Of a DNA stretch of 64,000 nt, positions 56,707-64,000 are shown piece after piece. Location of the stretch: the NCBI GenBank assembly GCA_963718515.1, contig OY970354.1, positions 366,942-430,941 of the forward strand, read 5' to 3'. Positions within the stretch are counted from its first letter, which is position 1; every line of letters starts with the position of its first letter. The notes under the pieces are model-generated. The model saw only the letters and a program-made list of their open reading frames with translations, did not search any database and was not told where the DNA came from. Origin of the DNA: an uncultured bacterium (GTDB taxonomy: Bacteria > Patescibacteriota > Minisyncoccia > UBA6257 > 2-01-FULL-56-20). The position numbers were made by a program, and so were the translations under genes.

Positions 56707-57915
56707 GTGAGAAAAGCCATCTCTTTCACTATATTTTTTATCGCACTGCTCGCGACCCTTGTTGTACACGCCCAGACTGTTAACAACGCCTTGCAGGTGC
56801 TCGTCACGGTGGTATATCCACCGGCGGCTCCGAACAGCCTTACTGCCACCACCACATCGAGCTCTCAAATAAATCTTTCCTGGGTGGCGTCCGGTACCGA
56901 TCAAACCGCTTTCTCCATAGAAGAGTCCGTGGGGAATGATTCTTTGTTTACGCCGATCGATACGGTGAGCGGTACCGCCACTACGTATTCACGCACCGGT
57001 CTCCTGCCGAGCACGACCTATTTTTATCGCGTGGCTGCGGTTAATGCGGCGGGAGAGAGCGGCTATTCGAACGAAGCCGCGGCGACTACACAGGCCAGTT
57101 CCGGTGGGGGTGGAGGTTCTGGTGGTGGTGGAGGCGGTGGAGGTGGTGGAGGCGGCGGTGCCGGAGGGTCAACCTACCAGCCGCCAGTTTTTCAAACATC
57201 CGCACAATTCACCGGCATCGCATATCCCTTGAGCACGATCACGCTTCTTGAGAACGGCCAGGTGGTTGCGACGACACAATCGGGCCCTGATGCAAAGTTT
57301 GAGATCGACCTTTCGGATATTGCTCCGGGGGCCTATAACTTTGGCGTGTGGGCAAAGGATCCGGAGGGGAACCAGTCGATCACACAGACGTTTTCCGTGA
57401 CGCTCACGGACGGCGCGGCGACGATAATCAGCGGCATCTTTTTTGCGCCGACGATCAGCGCGGACAAACTGCAAGTGAAGCGCGGGGATGTGCTGACGCT
57501 GCTTGGTTACACCGCGCCTGCCGCGACGGTCACTGTGGTCGTGAATTCCACGAACGAGGTCACGCAGGAGGTGACCTCCACCGGTGCCGGCGCGTGGGTA
57601 TACGCGTTGAACACGGACCAGTTGGAATATGGCGGTCATACGGCGCATGCGTGGGCGGCGGCGGACGGGAGTGTGACGGCGGATTCGGACCTTGTGGCAT
57701 TCACCGTCGGGAATAGCGACGTTGCCGCGCCGCCGGTCAAGGCGTGTCCGGTCAAGGGAGATCTGAACGGCGACTGCAAGGTAAATCTCGTGGATTTTTC
57801 CATCTTGGCGTATTGGTGGCAGAAGCCGAATCCACCACCTGCATATCTGTTGGACGGGGGATCGACGGTCGATCTGGCGGATTTCAGCATCCTTGCGTAT
57901 TATTGGACCGGCTGA
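56707..57915 (+). CDS. secreted FN3/Ig-like protein with poly-Gly linker and C-terminal dockerin-like domain
   Basis: GTG start. FN3-like (…TTYFYRVAAVNAAGESGYS), ~30-aa Gly run, two dockerin-type Ca-binding repeats GDLNGDCKVNLVDFSILAYWW and DGGSTVDLADFSILAYYW. Confidence 0.65.
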   Translation: MRKAISFTIFFIALLATLVVHAQTVNNALQVLVTVVYPPAAPNSLTATTTSSSQINLSWVASGTDQTAFSIEESVGNDSLFTPIDTVSGTATTYSRTGLLPSTTYFYRVAAVNAAGESGYSNEAAATTQASSGGGGGSGGGGGGGGGGGGGAGGSTYQPPVFQTSAQFTGIAYPLSTITLLENGQVVATTQSGPDAKFEIDLSDIAPGAYNFGVWAKDPEGNQSITQTFSVTLTDGAATIISGIFFAPTISADKLQVKRGDVLTLLGYTAPAATVTVVVNSTNEVTQEVTSTGAGAWVYALNTDQLEYGGHTAHAWAAADGSVTADSDLVAFTVGNSDVAAPPVKACPVKGDLNGDCKVNLVDFSILAYWWQKPNPPPAYLLDGGSTVDLADFSILAYYWTG

Positions 57916-57916
57916 T

Positions 57917-58825
57917 ATGAAGAAAACAATATACATTTTTATATTGATGTCTGGCGCGGCGCTCTTGTTCCCGTGGCGCTCGTTCGCCGCGGTGCTCACC
58001 GTTGCGCCGTCTGCGGGAAATCCCGGGATGGTCACGATCAGCCTTGATACCCAGGGACAGACCGTGAACGCCGTCGAGGCCCACTTCTCGTTCGACACAA
58101 GCCTGTTTGCCATCGGCAGTGTGGACACGGCAGGATCCATCATTAATTTGTGGGTCAGTGGTCCGACCTTTTCGAACGCGTCCGGCACGCTTGACCTTGC
58201 AGGCATCATCCCGGGTGGCGAGACGACGGCCGATGGTGTGATCGCCACGATCGCGATCGTTCCCAAAGAGCCCGGTGTTGCAACCAGCTTTACGCTCGAT
58301 TCGGCACAGGCGCTTTTGAACGACGGGCAGGGGACGCCCGCCGCACTTTCCGTCGTGAGTGATCCATTTGCGACTGGCGTCACAATGGGCGGACAGACCG
58401 CCGTGAGCACGCAGGCGCCGAATGCCTTCACACCGGAGATCGGCCAGGATCCCAACATATTCAGCGGGCAATATTTTATTGTATTCGCAACGACCGACCA
58501 GGGGTCGAGCATCGACCATTATGACGTGCTTGAGGTTCCGGCGGGAACGAAGGTCACGAGTTCTTCGGTATGGACGATCGCCACTTCGCCATATCGTTTG
58601 AATGACCAAACGCTCTCGAGCGATATCTATGTCCGCGCCGTCGATTCAGCGGGCAATTTCCGCGTGGAAGAGCTCCCCGCCACGCAAAAATCCTCAAAAA
58701 CAGACAAGACATTGGATGATGTAGAGGTTCTGCTCGGGGCGATAGTGGTATTATTGATAATGGGCGGAATCATACGACGTATCCGGAAATGGAAACGAAG
58801 AAAGCGATCACGAGACTCTGGTTGA
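57917..58825 (+). CDS. membrane-anchored cohesin-like domain protein
   Basis: ATG at 57917 gives signal peptide MKKTIYIFILMSGAALLF…AAV. Cohesin-like beta-sandwich pattern (…VTISLDTQGQTVNAVEAHFSFDTSLFAIGSVDTAGSII…). C-terminal TM plus KR-rich tail. Confidence 0.6.
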   Translation: MKKTIYIFILMSGAALLFPWRSFAAVLTVAPSAGNPGMVTISLDTQGQTVNAVEAHFSFDTSLFAIGSVDTAGSIINLWVSGPTFSNASGTLDLAGIIPGGETTADGVIATIAIVPKEPGVATSFTLDSAQALLNDGQGTPAALSVVSDPFATGVTMGGQTAVSTQAPNAFTPEIGQDPNIFSGQYFIVFATTDQGSSIDHYDVLEVPAGTKVTSSSVWTIATSPYRLNDQTLSSDIYVRAVDSAGNFRVEELPATQKSSKTDKTLDDVEVLLGAIVVLLIMGGIIRRIRKWKRRKRSRDSG

Positions 58826-60237
58826 TCCTTGGCACGGTTGCCGTGCTTGCGGGCATTTTTGGCACGCACAGCGCTTTCGCGGCGACACTTTCTTTTTCCC
58901 CGCAATCCGGGACATATTTTTCGGGGCGGAGCTTTAGCGTCTCGGTCGTCGTCTCTTCGCCCAACCAGGCGATGAATGCCGTGCAGGCGGAGATATCGTT
59001 CCCGCCAGCCGAGCTTGAAGTGCTCTCCGTCTCTGAAACCAATTCCATCATCAACCTCTGGGTGCAGAATCCGACGTTCTCGAACCAGGACGGCACGATC
59101 GATTTCGGCGGCGTCGCCGTGAGTCCGGGATTCCAGGGGAATAACGGGAACATCGTAACGATACAATTCGAGGCGAAGAACACCGGGAGTGCTCCGCTAT
59201 CATTCATCTCTGGTTCTGTCCTTGCGAACGACGGGAAGGGGACGAACATCCTTAGTTCAATGGGGAGTGCAAACTTTATCATCACGCCGCTTTCCCCCAC
59301 ATCCGAGTCCACAAGCCCTGTTCCCGGATCGATCATCGTCAATTCCAATCCACCGATTGCGTCGGGAACATGGTACAACATCAATCAGATCACGTTTGAT
59401 TGGAGCGTTCCCACGAATGCGGAAGGGGTTGATTACAGCATCTCCACCAATCCGAACTTTCAGCTTCCGGACGTGAACCAGGGGCTCGTTTCTCAGGCAA
59501 CGTATGATCTCTCAAATCTTTCCGACGGGGCATGGCATTTCTTTGTAAGCTTCAATAATGGCAGTGCGTGGTCGCCGCCAGCGTCGGAGGAGCTTCTGCT
59601 CGACCGGACGCCGCCCCAGCCGTTCATCATCACCCGGGAGGATACGAACCAGACGGATAACCAGCCGGTTTTTGCGTGGGTGGCGAATGACGCGGCGTCG
59701 GGCATCGACCATTATGAGGTGAAGATCGGCGATGGCGATTGGTTCGACGCTTCGACCATCCAGAATGGGAGCTCATCGTACATATTACCGCCGCAGTCTC
59801 CGACGAACGCGCGAACGCTTACCGTCCGAGCCTTCGATAAGGCGGGGAATTACACCGATGCCACGACGAATTTTACCGTCCTCGCCCCAGCCGTGCTCTG
59901 CAAAGGCAACGGCTTTTCGTGTTCGATATCGCTCTTCTTTGCGCAGTGGGGAGCGCTCATTTCCTCGATATTCATCTTCCTTGTGCTTGTGTTGTACGGC
60001 TTCCTTTATTACCTTTTGCGGTGGAGGAAGCAATCACGCAAAGATCTTCAGAAATTCAAGGAAGAATTACAGCAGGATCTCAAGCGGGTGGAGGCGGGTG
60101 TCAAAAAGGTGACCGGCACCGAGGTTGACCTGCGGCAATCGTACTTCCTGGAAGAAAAGCGGTCGCTCGAAAAACAACTTCGCCATATCACGGATGATGT
60201 GAAAGAGGAATTAAAGCGCCTCCAAGACGATAAATAG
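58789..60237 (+). CDS. membrane-anchored cohesin-like domain protein (paralog) with cytoplasmic coiled-coil tail
   Basis: Signal peptide METKKAITRLWLILGTVAVLAGIFGTHSAFA. Cohesin-like domain (…MNAVQAEISFPPAELEVLSVSETNSIINLWV…). TM then charged coiled-coil tail. 37-nt overlap with the upstream gene. Confidence 0.6.
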   Translation: METKKAITRLWLILGTVAVLAGIFGTHSAFAATLSFSPQSGTYFSGRSFSVSVVVSSPNQAMNAVQAEISFPPAELEVLSVSETNSIINLWVQNPTFSNQDGTIDFGGVAVSPGFQGNNGNIVTIQFEAKNTGSAPLSFISGSVLANDGKGTNILSSMGSANFIITPLSPTSESTSPVPGSIIVNSNPPIASGTWYNINQITFDWSVPTNAEGVDYSISTNPNFQLPDVNQGLVSQATYDLSNLSDGAWHFFVSFNNGSAWSPPASEELLLDRTPPQPFIITREDTNQTDNQPVFAWVANDAASGIDHYEVKIGDGDWFDASTIQNGSSSYILPPQSPTNARTLTVRAFDKAGNYTDATTNFTVLAPAVLCKGNGFSCSISLFFAQWGALISSIFIFLVLVLYGFLYYLLRWRKQSRKDLQKFKEELQQDLKRVEAGVKKVTGTEVDLRQSYFLEEKRSLEKQLRHITDDVKEELKRLQDDK

Positions 60238-60238
60238 C

Positions 60239-60781
60239 ATGACATTCAATGCCCAAACATTTCTATGGGGGGCGATAGGTGTCGCATTTTTTGCGATCGT
60301 CTTTTTGATTGCATTCATTGCCCACGAAGCATCCGAGAACAGGCGATTGAAGGTCCAACAGACGGAAGCGGCACAAAAACAACAAGCACCTGCGGCGTCA
60401 CAATCAAAAAAAGATCCCGCCGCGCCGGATAGCATGGATGGGGGAGGGGTTTACTCATATAGTTCGATCGTTATGGATGAAGTACTGGGGGAAAAGATCA
60501 TCGAAGGCTTAAAAGAATCCCTGCGCATGACCGAAGAACTCTATACAAAACTTTCCGAACAATATAAGGACAACCGCGACAAGCGTATAGAACTCGCGAG
60601 CGATTGGCTCAATTACCTCGAGGCCATCGACAACATCAAGCAAGCGCGCATTGATTACCGCATGAACAGCACCGACGGCGAATCATTACGGACAGATAAA
60701 GAAAGCGCGCGCATCAAGCTGGAGATCGAGAACAAGTTCAAGAATCTCGAGCAGGCGATTCCAACGCCAGGAGGGGGATAG
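60239..60781 (+). CDS. membrane-anchored hypothetical protein
   Basis: 180 aa. N-terminal TM and charged helical C-terminus. ATG overlaps the upstream TAG. Confidence 0.45.
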   Translation: MTFNAQTFLWGAIGVAFFAIVFLIAFIAHEASENRRLKVQQTEAAQKQQAPAASQSKKDPAAPDSMDGGGVYSYSSIVMDEVLGEKIIEGLKESLRMTEELYTKLSEQYKDNRDKRIELASDWLNYLEAIDNIKQARIDYRMNSTDGESLRTDKESARIKLEIENKFKNLEQAIPTPGGG

Positions 60782-60837
60782 TTTCTACACAAGGATTTTT
60801 ACCAAGAGGCCCCCTTTCTGGTCAAATCCCCATATTT

Positions 60838-61605
60838 TTGCTACCATTTCCCTATATGTTGGCAATTTCTCTGAAGGCTGAAGACATCTTCCATATCGGC
60901 AGTTTCCCGGTCACGAACGCGCTTTTATTGGCGTTTGTGGTGCTCGTCTTACTCACCGTGCTCTCGGTCATATTAAAGAGCAAGCTCGCGATGGTGCCGG
61001 GTATCTTCCAGAACATTGCGGAGATCGTGCTTGAGGGCGCGCTTGGCCTTATGGATTCCGTTCTCGGCAACCGCAAGACTTCGGAGAAATATTTGCCGAT
61101 CGTGCTATCGACTATTTTCCTTTTTGTGCTATTTTCCAACTGGCTCGGGCTTTTGCCGGGCGTGGGATCGATTGTTGTCGGCCAGGGGGCGAATGCGGTG
61201 CCCCTGCTCCGATCACCGGCGAGCGATCTTAACTTTACTTTGGCGCTCGCGCTCATCGCCGTTACTATGATCAATATCTTCGGTATCGCCGCGATGGGCC
61301 TTCGCGAGCGCGTTTCGGTATTTTTTAACTTTCAAAGCCCGCTCAAATTCTTTGTGGGAATACTTGAGCTTATCTCGGAATTTGCTAGAATTATCTCGTT
61401 CACGTTCCGTCTTTTCGGCAACGTGTTCGCGGGCGAAGTGCTCCTCGCCATCATGGCGCTTTTGGTGCCATACCTGGTACCATTGCCTTTTATGTTCCTC
61501 GAGATATTCGTCGGTTTCATTCAGGCATTCATTTTTGGGATGCTCACGCTTGTATTCGTAGCATTGGCGGTCACTCCTCACGAAGGTGAGGAAGCTGGCC
61601 ACTAA
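60838..61605 (+). CDS. atpB: F0F1 ATP synthase subunit a
   Basis: Conserved …FRLFGNVFAGE… with the essential Arg. Multi-TM. Confidence 0.9.
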   Translation: MLPFPYMLAISLKAEDIFHIGSFPVTNALLLAFVVLVLLTVLSVILKSKLAMVPGIFQNIAEIVLEGALGLMDSVLGNRKTSEKYLPIVLSTIFLFVLFSNWLGLLPGVGSIVVGQGANAVPLLRSPASDLNFTLALALIAVTMINIFGIAAMGLRERVSVFFNFQSPLKFFVGILELISEFARIISFTFRLFGNVFAGEVLLAIMALLVPYLVPLPFMFLEIFVGFIQAFIFGMLTLVFVALAVTPHEGEEAGH

Positions 61606-61676
61606 TGCCCCGGATATAACACGGGTGAAAAGGTCGTAGCAGTCATTAAAAATCAATTAAATTTTATTCAATCATT

Positions 61677-61907
61677 ATGGATGCTGACAGTATGAGGCTT
61701 CTTGCCACCGCGATCGTGATGGGCTTTGGTTCGCTCGGACCCGGACTCGCGATCGGCTGGATCGGTTCAAAGTCGGTAGAGGCCATCGGAAGGAATCCGG
61801 AGGCGTCGTCCAAAGTGCAGACCATGGCGATCCTTGCCATCGCATTCGCGGAAGCGGTCGCCATTTACGCGCTCGTTATTGCGCTCATCATAAAGTTCGT
61901 CGCGTAG
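61677..61907 (+). CDS. atpE: F0F1 ATP synthase subunit c
   Basis: 76-aa two-helix hairpin with the conserved carboxylate (…AFAEAVAIYALV…). Confidence 0.9.
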   Translation: MDADSMRLLATAIVMGFGSLGPGLAIGWIGSKSVEAIGRNPEASSKVQTMAILAIAFAEAVAIYALVIALIIKFVA

Positions 61908-61921
61908 TCGAGTCGTGCGGT

Positions 61922-62470
61922 ATGCGCCTACGGCGCGCAGACAATCTATTATTCGCGCAAAAATATATGCAACAACTATTGGATCAATTGGGTATCAATT
62001 GGCAGCTCCTGCTCAGTCAGGCGGTCAATTTTGTGTTGCTCCTCATAGTTCTGCGTATTTTTGTATACAAACCGTTATTGACATTACTGCACGACCGGCG
62101 GAAAAAGATAGAGGACGGCCTGGTGAAGGCCGAAGAGGCCGAGCGTCGCCTCCACGAGGTGGATGAGATCGGCAAAGGCAAGATAAAGCATGCGGAGACG
62201 GAGGCGCTTGGCATTCTCAAGAAGACGGAACTGGATGCTAAGACGCTCGAGGAGAAACTGCTCGCGGAAGTGAAGCGAAAGGAAGAGGATGCGGTCGCGA
62301 CGACCGCGGTGCGCTTGCGTTCGCAGGAAGAGGAGTCGCGCCGGGCCTTGGATAAAGAAGCGGCGGCGCTGGTGCGCCTTGCGATCACGAGGACGGTCGA
62401 GCTCTCGCCGGAAAATATCGATGACGCGCTCATTGCAAAAGCAGTCAGCGAAGCAAAACACGCCGCATGA
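61922..62470 (+). CDS. atpF: F0F1 ATP synthase subunit b
   Basis: Single TM then a long charged helix. An alternative start at 61967 is possible. Confidence 0.8.
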   Translation: MRLRRADNLLFAQKYMQQLLDQLGINWQLLLSQAVNFVLLLIVLRIFVYKPLLTLLHDRRKKIEDGLVKAEEAERRLHEVDEIGKGKIKHAETEALGILKKTELDAKTLEEKLLAEVKRKEEDAVATTAVRLRSQEEESRRALDKEAAALVRLAITRTVELSPENIDDALIAKAVSEAKHAA

Positions 62471-62865
62471 AGTACGCCCCGCATATTTACGCAAAGGCGC
62501 TCGTGGAGGTGCTCGATGATACCTCGAAGCATGATACGCCCCGGGTAAAGGATGATGTGATCGCTAAAAACTTTCTGGCGCTTGTCAAAGAGAATGGCGA
62601 CGAGTCGCATCTTAAGAAGATATTGGAAGAAGCGTCGCGGTTCGCGCGCGGAAAGAGCGGCGTGAGGAAGGTGACGATCGAATCGGCGCGGGAACTTCAG
62701 CCATCCCAGAAAAAAATGATGAAGGATTTTCTCAAGCCGGGCGATGTGGTGGAGGAGCGGATCGATCCGGAGCTCATCGCGGGCGTGAGGATCATCCTGA
62801 ACGACGAAGTGCAATTCGATGGGTCGTTAAAAAATAAATTGAACAAAGTGTTGGGGACCGCATAG
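62467..62865 (+). CDS. atpH: F0F1 ATP synthase subunit delta (OSCP)
   Basis: 132 aa with C-terminal …IDPELIAGVRII… delta/OSCP signature. ATGA overlap with atpF. Confidence 0.75.
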   Translation: MKYAPHIYAKALVEVLDDTSKHDTPRVKDDVIAKNFLALVKENGDESHLKKILEEASRFARGKSGVRKVTIESARELQPSQKKMMKDFLKPGDVVEERIDPELIAGVRIILNDEVQFDGSLKNKLNKVLGTA

Positions 62866-62945
62866 CATCGTTGCTGTCATTCTGAACAACGTGAAAGGTT
62901 TTATGAAAACCTTGCAAAGCTCGGAATGGCAGGAACATAAAATAT

Positions 62946-64000
62946 ATGTCATACGAAATAATCGAAAAATTAAAAAAAGATATCGAAGGATATAAAGAGA
63001 AGCCCGAATGGAACGAGGTCGGCCGCGTCATTGAGGTCGGCGACGGTATCGTAAAGATCCTCGGTCTGCGCAACGCCGTCAGCCAGGAGGTGTTTGATTA
63101 TAGAGACGGCGCATGGCGGCGAGCGCGCCGCGTTGGCGCTCAACTTGGAAGAGGAATCCATTGGCGCACTCGTGCTCGGGGATTTCCTTGCCGTGGCAGT
63201 GGGTGACACCGTGCGCCGCACGGGCGACGTGCTTTCTATAGAAGTGGGGGATGAACTGATCGGCCGCGTCATTGACCCGTTGGGCGTGCCGCAGGACGGG
63301 CAGGGTCCCGTGTTCAAGGCCGGCTCAAAAGTTCAGCGCAATCCGCTGGAAGCCCGCTCGCCATCCGTCTTGGAGCGCGAGTCGGTGAATACGCCGGTGC
63401 ATACCGGTATCAAAGCGATCGACGCATTGATCCCGATCGGCCGCGGCCAGCGCGAGCTCATCATCGGTGATCGCGCCACGGGAAAGACCGCCGTCGCGAT
63501 CGACACCATTTTGAATCAAAAGAACGACACCGGCCGCCGCACACCGATTTGTATTTACGTGGCGATCGGGCAAAAAGAATCGAAGGTGGTAAAGATCGCG
63601 GAGACGTTGAAGCAGTTCGACGCGTTCAAGTATTCGATCATCGTTTCCGCGTCGGCGTCATCGCCGGCATCCATGTGGTATCTTGCGCCGTACGCCGGCG
63701 CCGCGATCGGCGAATATTTCCGCGATAAGGGCATGGACGCGCTCATCGTCTACGACGATCTTTCCAAGCACGCGTGGGCATACCGCCAGATCTCGCTTTT
63801 GCTCCGCCGCCCGCCGGGCCGCGAAGCATATCCGGGCGACGTCTTTTATCTGCACTCGCGTTTGCTCGAGCGCGCGGCAAAGCTTTCAAAAGAGAAGGGT
63901 GGCGGCTCTTTGACCGCACTCCCGATCGTCGAGACCCAGCTCGGCGACGTGACGGCATACATCCCGACGAACATCATCTCCATCACGGATGGCCAGATTT
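62946..64000 (+). CDS. atpA: F0F1 ATP synthase subunit alpha (3' end outside window; apparent frameshift near 63108..63125)
   Basis: N-terminal MSYEIIEKL…[26 protein letters not shown] in one frame. The rest (…[10 protein letters not shown]…[19 protein letters not shown]…[25 protein letters not shown]…) is in the +1 frame with a P-loop. Confidence 0.85.

Noticed and set aside
57100-57170. GGT/GGA/GGC simple-sequence repeat
   Set aside because: It encodes the poly-glycine linker inside 56707..57915. It is coding low-complexity, not an independent repeat element or CRISPR-like array.
57169-58609. Two long minus-strand ORFs (447 aa and 241 aa)
   Set aside because: Antisense to the dockerin and cohesin genes. 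Arg-rich shadow frames without domain features.
62017-62814. 265-aa minus-strand ORF
   Set aside because: Antisense to atpF/atpH. The conserved ATP synthase genes on the plus strand explain the region.
1-64000. CRISPR arrays, rRNA genes, tmRNA, RNase P RNA, SRP RNA
   Set aside because: No direct-repeat/spacer architecture or conserved ncRNA core motifs were recognisable by eye in any intergenic region. Absence needs a covariance-model scan.

Overview
This 64-kb window looks like a small-genome monoderm bacterium, plausibly a Candidate Phyla Radiation (CPR)/Patescibacteria lineage. That placement is inference from gene content (split transketolase, minimal central metabolism, many secreted or membrane-anchored hypothetical proteins), not a database result. 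I found no rRNA gene and no CRISPR array.

Housekeeping backbone, in order:
- gapA, then rpiB, rpe, transketolase N- and C-terminal halves, a PfkB-family kinase and class II fructose-bisphosphate aldolase.
- Ribosomal protein L25, an M16 peptidase, metG, a HAD hydrolase, tatD, leuS and an HtrA protease.
- Two rRNA methyltransferases (RlmI-like and RlmB), a DoxX membrane protein, and a tRNA cluster: Ser-TGA, Ala-GGC, Arg-CCT, Ser-CGA, Thr-CGT plus a tRNA-like 3' fragment.
- prfB with the canonical CTT TGA C programmed +1 frameshift site, ftsE/ftsX with a CAP-domain protein, and the F-type ATP synthase genes atpB, atpE, atpF, atpH and a 3'-truncated atpA.

Two accessory regions stand out.

1. 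An integrated mobile element of about 15 kb (roughly 2640..17750) sits between gapA and rpiB.
- Its right end carries a duplicated, about 75% identical copy of the gapA 3' terminus (17691..17749) next to a tyrosine integrase.
- Inside are a large serine recombinase, a ParB-like protein, a PD-(D/E)xK-like protein, a sigma-70 region-4-like HTH protein and a DinD/Bro-N protein.
- It also holds an IS256-family insertion sequence, a cluster of small pilin-like secreted/membrane proteins (many with ATGA start/stop overlaps), and four consecutive zinc-ribbon-initiated proteins. One of those carries a trypsin-like protease domain and tandem Cys-rich repeats.
- An 18-bp direct repeat (3381 and 16182) and two palindromes may mark recombination or operator sites.

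2. A co-directional surface-protein gene array of about 16.9 kb (43909..60781).
- It encodes S/T/P-rich secreted proteins, a glycosyltransferase and a methyltransferase.
- A 1588-aa giant protein in it has tandem beta-propeller-like repeats and an FN3-like segment.
- Several paralogous secreted domains sit nearby.
- A dockerin-containing protein is followed by two membrane-anchored cohesin-like proteins.

Two essential genes show frame disruptions beyond anything programmed: prfB around 40285..40304 and atpA around 63108..63125, both in G-rich runs. These may be assembly indels.
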